Shown: piece after piece, positions 50,865 to 61,958 of the stretch
Layout of the letters: each line of letters starts with the position of its first letter
How positions within the stretch are numbered: the first letter of the stretch is position 1
Assembly (NCBI GenBank): GCA_965649765.1
Contig: OZ287752.1
Location: forward strand, 52,948,001 to 53,012,000
DNA length: 64,000 bases
Source of the DNA: Bispira polyomma
Lineage: Eukaryota
Direction of reading: 5' to 3'
The notes under the pieces: generated by a model
Databases searched by the model: none
The model's input: only the letters and a program-made list of their open reading frames with translations
Told to the model about the DNA's origin: nothing
Translations under genes and position numbers: made by a program

Positions 50865-53747
50865 GCTGTGATCACCCAGATGGTTGCATGAGCACGTATT
50901 GAAGAATTTACAAGTGACATTAGGTTTCTGGGTACCTTGAAAACATTGAGAGCCGTGAGATGACATGTGAGAATTGACCAAGTCCATCTGGGACATATTC
51001 AACCTATTTATGGCCCACTGTTTTGAATCCGCCCACTCCATGCATGTCTCCTCAATCTTCTGCATGTTGTGGGCCCAAGTAGACTAAACTGCAGGCCAGG
51101 GGAGAGAGGTTGCATCTATGAGGGAGTAGGTGACCTGGAGAATCATTTGCTTCATTAGTGTGACGTCCAGAACCTGAGAGATGTTGAAGAGTTGGCCAGA
51201 GGCACATAGAGAAAGTTTGTCGAATGTCGGACGTGTTTTTTCCCTATTCCGCCTACACATCCCTCATTAGGCCAATGATGGTGGGTTTGGTGATACAAAT
51301 GTCAGTTGTATTAAATCATCCGGATCTATTTCTGAAGAAGTGCTTACCTTGTGAAAGGTCTTGTGTGAGTCTGGTGTCTTAGGCAGCCAATCATTAATTT
51401 ACAGCTATGTTAACATCGGCCATTTACTTTAATACTTTTAACTTGGGAACTATACCGTGCCGTTGGAAATCCTAGTGAGTTGCATGTGATGCCCCATCTG
51501 AAATAGAGGATTCGCTGGTTGTAGTAAGGATGATGCCTGGGAGGCTGACGCTTGTATGGGTGCGTTATGAATGGCCTGCACTGGTGCTGTTCCTTGTGCT
51601 TCCACATCATCCAGACGTCTGTTGATATTAGTATTTGCGGCCTTGAGCCAGCGAAGTACGTTTTTCCCTTCTGATAGCCCTTCGGATCAGGTTGATGGAG
51701 GAACACTAGAGGTATCTTGAGACAGTGAAACTTTAAGATTCTGTGCGACGGGATCAAATAGTACTGCACTTACAGTGCCGTTCACCTTTTTAGCTGCCTG
51801 GTGTCTTCTTGATACGACCCATTGTGTGTATTATGATTAAAACAATAAAATAACACTAAAATAAATGCACATAAAACTTTCAATCATTGAGAGTCCTAAA
51901 AAATATTCTTTGGTGTTGACTCTTTGGTTTCAGATTTCAATATGGCTCCCAAATGTGGGGCCTTTACCCATGCCTGACCAGTTGGGAGTTGCTGATTGGA
52001 TCAGGTGCTTTTAGTGATGGACAGAACGAACAACAAGAAAGGACTGTATAAAAAAGGATTGAGGGTTTACTTTGTAACTGATGCAGCCGACCCCTAAAGT
52101 GGTCTTTCCTGTTCACACAATATAACGTTTTCCTTTTTTTACTTTTTTATATTTACACATTTTCTGTGTTACAGACTTTTCAAATAACTGAAAATCTTTA
52201 AATGTGGTGGTGTTCACCATTCTACCATAAACTTTTTTTTACCATTCAACACCTTTTTATTCAATGTACAATGCCCTGAACTTAAATATCAGTTAATCTC
52301 AGTTAATCTTACTTTTTAACATAGAATAAACTAATATCCCAACTCTGGTGTGTTTGTGTAGCGTATTCCACACTCCTAAATACTAAGAGAGGCATTGTGT
52401 TAAATTCATTACAACTCAGCTTGATCAGCCAAAACAGCAAACAACAAGTGTCATTTTTCCTGGATTCTTAGATAATATAGTGTCATCTACATTGATATGT
52501 TTTGGAACATAAGAAAAAGTGATTGTCTCTATGTAACAACAGCTCAAGTGTAAACAGATAAGATTTCTCCATATATAGCTATTCTTGTAATTTTGATATA
52601 TTATACCCCTGTTCCATGCTGTTTATAGCCCCTGACCTTTACCATTGTGTGACCGTGGCTTGCTCAGGAACTTATTCGGGGAAGTTGTTGAGGTCATATG
52701 ACTTAACAGTTCCTCGGTGTGGGCAGGGTATAGTTATTTAACCAACAACTCACAGTAATAACAGATTGCGGTTAAATACTTTATTATATATATATGATTT
52801 CTACCACTAGCATATTTTATACAGTTTATTTGTAAAATACGTAATACTGTTGTGGGCATAAGGTCCCCTTAACTCAAATGAGTTTAAGGCCTTGAGCTTA
52901 TGCAAAGCTTACGTTTAAGTGACCTTAAGTACAATGAGTTTAAAAGTTTAAGTTTGCCAAATTTGACTTTGAGTCCAAACTTAGAGGATTTGAGTTTAAG
53001 GTTATGAGTTTAAGTTTGGTAGAAATTTTTGTTTAAGTGCAAACTTAAGAGATTAAACTTTAAGGTTATGCTACTCTAAAGTTTGACTTAGGGTTTTAAG
53101 TCGAACTTTAGATACTTGAGTACAATATGTACTAATATAATAAAGGGGGACCTTATGCCCAAAAACGTATAATATTTAGTGTTATTTTCTATTTTGCCTG
53201 ATCTTAAGCCTAAATATTTAAGTTAGACCACTTGTATGTCCTTGTATGTATATATATATATCACACTTTATCAATTAACCATGGTACATGTAACAACTGC
53301 AACTACAAAAGAACTGCTAAAAATTTTAGATACATTAATAGTTGTGTAAAAGTTACAGGAAAACCAGTTTCCCACTAAATTAGATTTTTAAAACAGGCAA
53401 GCCTGAAGATCACAGTTTACTGAATATATAATGGACCATGCTTTAAAGAAACATATATAATATAGCCTTTAAATCACGTAAGCCCACCGGCCAGTCATTA
53501 TTCTAATTCTGTTGCTAGTCGGCCATCTTGAAGCCCAGATTCCATGTATATCAAAAGAAGATTTTATTTTGAAATTTCCCTGCTAGCTCAGTTTGCAACC
53601 ACCTTATGTGATCGACCAATACGATCCCTTAACTTATGAGAAAAAAAGAAAAAAAAAAACTCGGGAATTTTCAGTGACATAAATCATTTAAGTAAAGAGT
53701 CATTTTAATATAATAATCTCGACATCTGCAGGAATCTTGTTCCAGAA

Positions 53748-53845
53748 ATACTGGGGCTCCATAGTAATACTGAGGTTCCACATGATACTGAGGCTCCGTG
53801 TGATACATTGAGGCTTCCTGAAGACAATACTGAGGCTCCAATTAA
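53748..53845. repeat. ~20-bp tandem repeat in the Ngaro-3 A2-B2 spacer
   Basis: atactgaggctcc core, about 5 copies. Confidence 0.7.
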
Positions 53846-54097
53846 TACTAATGCTAGAGAGATGCACCACCACTATACAGAGAGGACCTGGCCCAGGCAC
53901 GTTCGTTTGCCATCACTGTTCATGAGACTCAGATGAAAAACACTTAACTAGAAGCACAGACAAACTGGCCAGGTCCCAGCGCGATGTAGCTCCAGAGAAT
54001 ACCACAGAGGTTAAACGCTTCATGCACATGTACACGAGCAGCTTGCTTAACATCTGAAATAACACACAATTATTTTTAAGCAGAAATTTGTAAGTCA

Positions 54098-54206
54098 GAA
54101 CTCCCGGACTATGGCACCTAGCCGCCTAGCAGGGGGCAGTTCCCCCTCTCAAAGCCTCCGAGAGGGAGTAAGAAGAGGAACTGCTGCTCCACACGCCCAG
54201 GAGTTC
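54098..54206 (-). ncRNA. Conserved structured motif in the Ngaro-3 A2-B2 spacer
   Basis: Closing stem pairs fully only on the minus strand (two G-U); P2 gcagttcc/ggaactgc; P3 ccctctc/gagaggg; core TGCTAGGCGGCTAGGTGCC. Confidence 0.6.
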
Positions 54207-57200
54207 AGCTTTACAAGTAAATAAAATAAGTTAGCAAGTCGTATCATATACATTTATCACAAGGGGCAGTGGAGGGTGGGTATTTGAATTTTCCTAGTGC
54301 TTCTGCTGACGAACGGTAAAAAGGCGGGAGAATTTGAAAGGGGGATGGCTTATATACTCGCCCATCCATCCCATAGTAGTGAACCGCCTGGTACCCTAGA
54401 ACTGAGGCCGCTAATGCTGGGGGCGTTAGCTTTCACAGTTCCTCGGTGTGTGGGCAGGGTATAGTTATTTAACCAACAACTCACAGTAATAACAGATTGC
54501 GGTTAAATACTTTATTATATATATATGATTTCTACTACTAGCATATTTTATACAGTTTATTTGTAAAATACGTAATACTGTTGTGGGCATAAGGTTCCCT
54601 TAACTCAAATGAGTTTAAGGCCTTGAGCTTATGCAAAGCTTACGTTTAAGTGACCTTAAGTACAATGAATTTAAGAGTTTAAGTTTGCCAAATTTGACTT
54701 TGAGTCCAAACTTAGAGAATTTGAGTTTAAGGTGATGAGTTTAAGTTTGGTAAATTTTTTTGTTTAAGTGCAAACTTAAGAGATTAAACTTTAAGGTTAT
54801 GCTACTCTAAATTTTGACTTAGGGTTTTAAGTCGAACTTTAGATACTTGAGTACAATATGTACTAATATAATAAAGGGGGACCTTATGCCCAAAAAGGTA
54901 TAATATTTAGTGTTATTGTCTATTTTGCCAGATCTTAAGCCTAAATATTTAAGTTAGACCACCAAACCCCAAACTAGTAGGTATTTTGTAGAACGTCTTT
55001 AAAAGAATCTGCAACTTGAGTACCAGCATCAGCAGAGTCTGAGATGTAACGCCAAACGCAATCCGACGTCCAGGTGCCTTGTCTCTGAATATCTTGAATT
55101 TTGACATTATTGTTAAACGCAAAGGTCGCACCTGAACGTCGGAAAGCGTGTCCGTTAGTGAAACCCATGAGCCTTGGAGTTTAAACTGAAATAATGGGAG
55201 ATTTTTCCCTTTTGGTGAGATCGCTAACACAGCTTTTAAGGCCTGAACAGGACAAAGAATTGAATTTTGTATACTTGGGATGGTTAGCGATCGAACTGCA
55301 TCATTTCTCTGCAGTGTCTTTGACCATTTGATCATAATGACTGCATACTCTGGCTTAAATAAGACATCAGCTCTAGCTAGTTGTTTGAGAGGAGAGTATG
55401 ACCCCATTGAATGAGGACACAAATTGGATAAATGCAGAAATGTGAAAAAACTTGTCAAATAAACAGCCTTGAAAATTTGGCCCATGTAAATGCTATCACA
55501 TTTACTGATAAGAGCCCTAAGCAAGTGCACATCAAAAATTGACTTCAACTTAACTTGTAAAGGTATATGCATAGCCAAGGCTTTAGTGAAATAAGAAATT
55601 CTCTGGTCAGAAAATACTTGAACATCTATATGAAACATGACACATTTTGCTATTATAGCCGAGATGTGATTTACTACTTGAGTGGTTGATACATCATTGA
55701 AATTTAGAAACTCTAAATATGCTAAAACTTGCAACAGAGTCACCTTGTGGGGAGGCCACGACATAAAGACTCCAAAAGCTAGGAACTGTCTGTACATTCT
55801 GTCATATGCTTTATTAGTGGCTGGAGTGAGTGCTGAATTCAGCCTATCACAAGCCCTTTTCATCAAAGCCAGACCCACAGGGTGAGTGCCTGAAAAAAAG
55901 AAAAACTGAAACCTGCTATATAAAAGTATTCACATGAAGTAAGTTTTCAGGGGCAGGAAGCCATTGAATTGGTCCAGCCAGTTGGTTTAGTAATAGGTGG
56001 TTACTTTCTGTCTCGGCCCATCTGGAAAGTAAGTCAGCCACTTTATTTTCTCTACCTAGAATGTGGACTACAACAATTTCAATGTCAAACTTACCAGCTA
56101 ACATGTATATGTTTCTAGTATAAGTGGCCAATGTGGGATCTCTAGTACGTCTTGTCTGTAAGACACTGACTACTGCTTGATTATCACATCTCACTAGAAC
56201 TCTCTGACCCTTCCATTTTTGGACTCATAACTTCATTGCTACCAAAATATTCAACATTTCCAGAGAAGCTATGTTATATTCTGTCATACTTGTAGGAACT
56301 TTGATTTGATATACTTGATTTCCATAATTCCCCCCCCCCCCCCCCCCCCCATCCCTGTGAGGCAGGCATCCGATTCTATCTCGCCTGATATGGGTTTATG
56401 TAAGAAAAAGGAGACACCATTGAACTGCTCTGCAAAAGTTCTAAACCAATTTAAGTCACGTCTGAATGCATCACTTATTACAATTTTCCTTTTACTATGA
56501 TTATCTCGTAGCAGTTCCAACATTCTATTTAAGAAAACCCGAGCATATTTAATGCATTTAGAGATATATAGCAAGAGGCCCAGTAAGGACTGCAATTCTC
56601 TCTTGGTACAATAATTTTTTGAAGCCCAATCCCTGCACTTGCTCTGAATTTCTACCATTTTTTCAGATGGGATAGAAGTTGTGCATTTGGCTGTGTCGAT
56701 TATTATGCCTAAGCAGACTACCTCAGTGCTGGGTGGAACCAATTTTTTCTGACTAACTGTAAGACCCAGTTCGTCAAGCAATTCTTGCAACCTTAGGAAC
56801 GTTTTCTGAATTTTGCTGGGAAGTGATACACATAAAAAATCGTCGATATAAGTGTGGACGTTATGATTTTCTGAGTGCATTATGAAACGCACTGCATCTG
56901 AAATTCGTTGAAAAATAGTACTGCTATTTAAATAACCGAACGGCAGCGATTTATCGACATAGTAAGATTTCCACTTCAACCCTAAGAGGTCAATGTCGCC
57001 AGGGTCGATAGGGATGTGTCGAAACGCCCTACTCACGTCTATTTTAAATATCTGACAACCCTTTCCCAATTTAGACACTTCGCTAGTAAGGTGATCAATA
57101 GAAGGGTAAGACAGTAAAAAATCAACACCCAGATACGAAGTCGGAGACGCCCCTGCATTTACTGAAGCCCCCTGAGGCCAACTCAAATCCACAATCACAT

Positions 57201-59959
57201 GTCTGTTAAGCAAGTTGGGTTTATGTCTGGTCATTAGAGGGGAACAATGCAAATTCCGAATTGGTGGAGTGTTGAAAGGACCAAGCATTGCCCCAAAGTC
57301 ACATTCTTCCTATATATAGGTATCTACATGTTGAGGAAATTCCTCTGCCGACTTATGGTTAGTTTCATTCGACTCGGTATGAATTGTGTGACACACATGG
57401 AGAGGGAATCCATATTTTATGAGGAGAGGCAGTTGCCAATCCCAGTATGTTTGTAAATACTTCCCCCAAGTTTTTGCCTTTAATTGTGAATAGACAGGAA
57501 TTTGGATGCCAGTATAATCATACCTGCCATCAACACGTAGTTTCTCATGCATTTGTAATATGGATAGTTTTGGCCCTTCCTCACCATGGTCTGCAATCTC
57601 ACTGCCCAAAGCCGAGAGAGGAGTAAATCCATAAGCATGACTACTCTGGTCCTGCCATTTTTTGTGTGTTTGATTTAAAGCCGCCTTTTCCAGTAACTCC
57701 CGTTTATTTTTCTTGTGCTTTAAAGCACACAAATACTTATCAGAGGTTTCAACATTTTCATTAACACGTTCTGTGCAAGTACTTGTCTCTTGGTGCTTTG
57801 CAAAGCCCCTATTGTTACCTGGCGTGGTACCAGAGCGAACGACCTTCACAATGGCTGCATTGTCCTCCACAGGTATTTGTGTCAACACGGAAAACCTATT
57901 GTTAAGCTGGAGGCCACAATTAACTTTATTGACGTGGCTCTTTTCACCCCCCCCTCTGAGTCAATGTTCTAACACCTTTTGTCTCCACGCCCTGTTGCTT
58001 TGTGCATGGGGGTCACTTTACAATAGGTGTCACCTTCTTAGCCACTTGAATAGAGGTGCCAACTACAGGTGTTACCTTTTCAGACCTTTGAATAAATGTG
58101 GCAGCCGAGGTGTCAACATTATTTTTAGGTTCAGCTCTGCCAACCTTTTGTGGTTGGCAAAACCTCCCCTTTTGTATCACCTTTTCAGAGCTAAACCTGT
58201 CAACCTCACCCTTATGCCTCAAAATTTCTGTATGTCTAGTATCATGTACAAACATTGATTTTCTGGTACTAGCAGTACTTTTTAAAGCCTCACTATAACT
58301 AACATTCGGCCTTTTAACCTTCATGTATTTACACATTTTCTGATACACATTTTTTCCAATAAATGAAAATCTTTGAAGCCTGTGCCATAAACAGTTCTAT
58401 TTACAACCTTAGTATTTGCAACCTTTTTGTCCACTGCATTCAAGCAGTGGCCCCTCAGTTTTTTTGGCTCTTTCTTGCTACACATAGTGGTCATATGACT
58501 ACCCCACAAGTTTCACAACTGTGCCTATACATTTTCCCCCCTGCGTTATGTGAGCTAGAGAACTTGCAAGTTCCTTCTTGAAAGAACCTGCAAGGCGTTG
58601 ACTTTTTCTGACTAGTTTTACTACTGCCAGTACTACCATTCGCCCCATAAAAAGATCTTGACACGCCTACATGGCGTTGGGCGTGTGCCCTGCGGATCCG
58701 GTCAACCTTCTCGACATCCAACCACCCGAGCTTGTCCATTTCCATATTTGTCAGGACTACCGCGTGTCAGGCTTTCGCCACCTCCCACGAAAAATCTTGG
58801 GTGTCCTCCATGAGGCCACTCATGTAATCTAGCATAGCGTTCTTAATTTCAGTCGACTTCTTCTCGTGCACGATCTGGGTGAAGCCACAAACCCATTGAA
58901 CAAGGGTTAAGTCGTCATAACTAGGGCGAGTCTTCGAACTGCCGGTCAGCACATAATTCTGGGGCCATTCGACTGCCTTTTTTACAATAACCTCGTTTCC
59001 CCCAGTTCTCAGAGACTTAATTTTACCTGAGGGAGTTTCATTGAGAGCCCGGAGATCTTTTAACCTCTGTTCGACTTGCAACTGAATCTGAGCGTTCTGA
59101 CTTAGAAATTTGACACTCGGAACGACAGTATCTTGGCCTGCACCAGGTGAGCTTTTACCTTCGTCAGCAGAGACTAGATCTTTAGAAACACTAGGAGTGA
59201 TACTAGAAGTAACGGTACTTGCCTTACTAATGGTGAGGTTGGCTGCCAACGCTGCCTCTGTCTGCTGGACTCGCCGATCCATCCTCTCCATTACCTGACT
59301 AAGCGATTGCAGCTGCTGTAATATAGCGCTAGATACGGCCTCGTTCGGATGAACCAGCAAGTCCTCATGCGAGCCAGTGCCAACATCCACTTCCTCACCT
59401 GACACATCAGGCATACTAACCGAACAGTTCTCTCATGTTTTTGCAAACACTTCGGACAATACACAATTTTTCTACCTGGCATGACTTGAGTGTGTACTAA
59501 ATTAAAATACTAAAACCAAAATAAAACAGTATAAAAACACTCTCTTTGTCACCCAAACAGTATTTGAATTTTTCTAGTGCGTCTGCTGACGAACGGTAAA
59601 AAGGCGGGAGAATTTGAAAGGGGGATGGCTTATATACTTGCCCATCCATCCCATAGTAGTGAACAGCCTGGTACCCCAGAACTGAGGCCGCTAACACTGG
59701 GGGCATTAGCTTTCAATTTGGTATTTGGGACACTCAGGGTTCTTCGCTACTGGTTTTCAAACATGGAAATATATATGAATATAAAAAAATATATAGGGCC
59801 ATGACAGTCATCTTCATCGCATTCAGTTCCAGCTTTCAGAGAGTGAACATCTATTGGTAAAAAAAGAAATATTTTACTGAGACAGAGTAATTAATTATTC
59901 TTTGAGTGATAAAATAGAATATTATTATCCCACCAAAAAAGAAATAAAAAAAACAGGAG

Positions 59960-61330
59960 GATAGAGATAGTGGGGAAGGATAGTACAAAGAGTTCCATCC
60001 GGGGGAGACACTTAGGGAAAAAATCGGGCCAGAGCCACAGCTGACACAGATGGGTTTACTGTCGCAGGATGTTAGGACCCAGGATGAGATACAGGACACT
60101 GCTGCAGAAGGGGAAGTGACTGATATCATCAGGAGGCAGAAGAAGGGGGAAAGGAGGACAGTTTAAGTTACGAATGACTAAGAGGAGGCCGTGGTGGATT
60201 TAATCAAGGATTGTGAGTGGTTGTATAACAAGTGACACGCTTTGTATAAGGACACACAGAAGAAGGACATCCTTTGGCAAGATTTCTGCCTCACCAGGAG
60301 ATTAGACGCAGATGAGGTTAAGAAGTGGTTCTAGTCACAGCGTACCATCTACAGAAAACGGAGTCTACACAATTCTGGCCATGCACTTCCTGATATGACT
60401 GACCGCCAGAAGTTGGTTAAAGGGACATTTGAATTTCTGAGGCCACATATCATCTGTCATGTTAACAAGACCACTGTGTTCAAGCTAATTCTGGATCAAC
60501 TGGATCTCAGTCAGACACTGACCAAGGCGATGTCGAGATGCAGTCTTCCATAACCATTGCTTGGCCTGGCAGACCATTCAAGCAGTTTTCCACATATGGG
60601 TTGTTAACCCCTACCCCAGAACTTTCCACAGAGCTGAGAGACAGAATTAGTCGCATGAAGAACAGCATCACAGGGTTTTTGAAGGAGGCCACCAAGACGA
60701 AGAGAGAGGGATCCACAGGTGCTTTCCTGAACTGGTTGACTCTGAAAACAGTAAAAACTTCCCGACCAGTACTTAACTCAATTCAGGAGAGAAACATTCA
60801 ACAATCTCCAAAAGATGGCTTCTACTTCTCAAAACATGGTGCCACCCTTTTAACTGTAGCAGTTTCAACAGCCTATTACCTTGAGTCAGATGGTGCCACC
60901 TTTCTTCATTCCACAGAAACCACAGCAACAAAGACACTTCGTGTACCACCAGCCACAGCTTAGACCACAGCCACCACAGCCTCCTGAGCACTCGCTGGTC
61001 AAGCCCCCACAACAGTTCATTCAGGTTGTCACATCACAAATCCTTAATGAAAGTTTGATGGCCAGCCCCAGTAGTATTCAGTACTACCAGGCACCCACAT
61101 AGAAGTCGGATCTCCTCAACAAATATCAGTATTATCACTTGTGAGAGGATTTGAATTGGCTATGAGAACATTAACACTCCTCATCCTTTTATGCCTCTGG
61201 GGCCAGACACTCAGCTGACAGACACAACCACTTTCACCACAACCATCACAACCACTTTGTCAACAGCCAGCACCAGCTCCAACACAACTGACCAGCAAAT
61301 AGCCTCCACTCCTCTTCTCAGCAACCCGAA
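59960..61330 (+). pseudogene. Harbinger MADF/Myb gene remnant
   Basis: EEAVVDLIKDCEWLYNK..YKDTQKKDILWQ..VKKWF.SQRT..FEFLRPHI; Gln/Pro/Thr-rich C-terminus. Confidence 0.75.
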
Positions 61331-61331
61331 A

Positions 61332-61347
61332 GGCCTTTTTCAGGGCC
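61332..61347 (+). promoter_or_regulatory. Histone-type 3' stem-loop after the MADF gene
   Basis: ccgaaa GGCCTT TTTC AGGGCC actca. Confidence 0.8.
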
Positions 61348-61544
61348 ACTCAAAACTTCCAAAAACAATATCTAAGCTTTTGTTGTTCGTTCCCCCCAAA
61401 AATGAAAAAAGCCCTCATGACCAGAACAAACTGCCCCAACAAATAACTTAACTCACGTACACACAGAAACAAAAACTACTTGCCCCCCTGCACACAAAAA
61501 TGAAAATAAATTGTAAACATTTTGAAATATGTAAGAAATGATTG

Positions 61545-61735
61545 CTATAAAAGATTCTACTGGAAGAGGTCTGGAAGGGGGCTTCACATAACAGGAAAAT
61601 TGAGTTCATAGAGTTCTACTTGGAGGGGTCTCCACATAAAAAGGAAATTGAGTTAACATAGTTCTACTTAAAGGGGTCCCGACATAAAAGGGAAAGTAAG
61701 TTTACAGAGTTCCACTTCAAAGGGTTTCATAAGTT
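61545..61735. repeat. ~45-bp minisatellite between the stem-loop arms
   Basis: Unit resembling aggaaattgagttcatagagttctacttggaggggtctccacata, about 4 copies. Confidence 0.7.
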
Positions 61736-61899
61736 TAAAAGTTAACAATTTATTTGTATTAATGTGTGTAGGGGGGCAAGTACATGTAGTTTTTGTTTCT
61801 GTGTGTACGCGAGTTAATTCATTTGTAGGGCAGTTTGCTTCTTGTCATGGGGGCTTTCTTTCAACAAAAGCTCAGATATTGTTTGAAAAAGTTTTGGGT

Positions 61900-61915
61900 G
61901 GCCCTGAAAAGGGCC
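61900..61915 (-). promoter_or_regulatory. Perfect histone-type 3' stem-loop ~44 nt after the nuclease stop
   Basis: minus strand: aaaaa GGCCCT TTTC AGGGCC accca. Confidence 0.9.
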
Positions 61916-61958
61916 TTTTTTAGTTGTTCCTGACTAGGACCGATTGGTTTCTACTCAG

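Larger units (their letters stand above)
40640..52115 (-). mobile_element. Ngaro-type YR retrotransposon 4 (degenerate), gag split by a hAT MITE
   Basis: 5' end tgaacagg at 52115; gag 51820-50873 continues at 43805; pol 43667-41070; YR 3' remnant HTFRRSGA near 40920; B1 remnant 40640-40770. Confidence 0.85.
52707..59715 (-). mobile_element. Ngaro-type YR retrotransposon 3, full length
   Basis: A1 59560-59715; gag 59482-58490; pol ~58500-55916 (YIDD); YR 55889-54974; B1 54436-54963; A2 54280-54435; B2 52707-53231. Confidence 0.9.

Noticed and set aside
54300-54345. Hammerhead ribozyme (CTGACGA...GAAA) in the Ngaro-3 A repeat
   Set aside because: Antisense to the element, and no supporting stems could be formed
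56329-56350. Poly-Gly or programmed frameshift at the C run (also G runs near 255-281 and 7314-7332)
   Set aside because: Homopolymer expansion or sequencing error is more parsimonious
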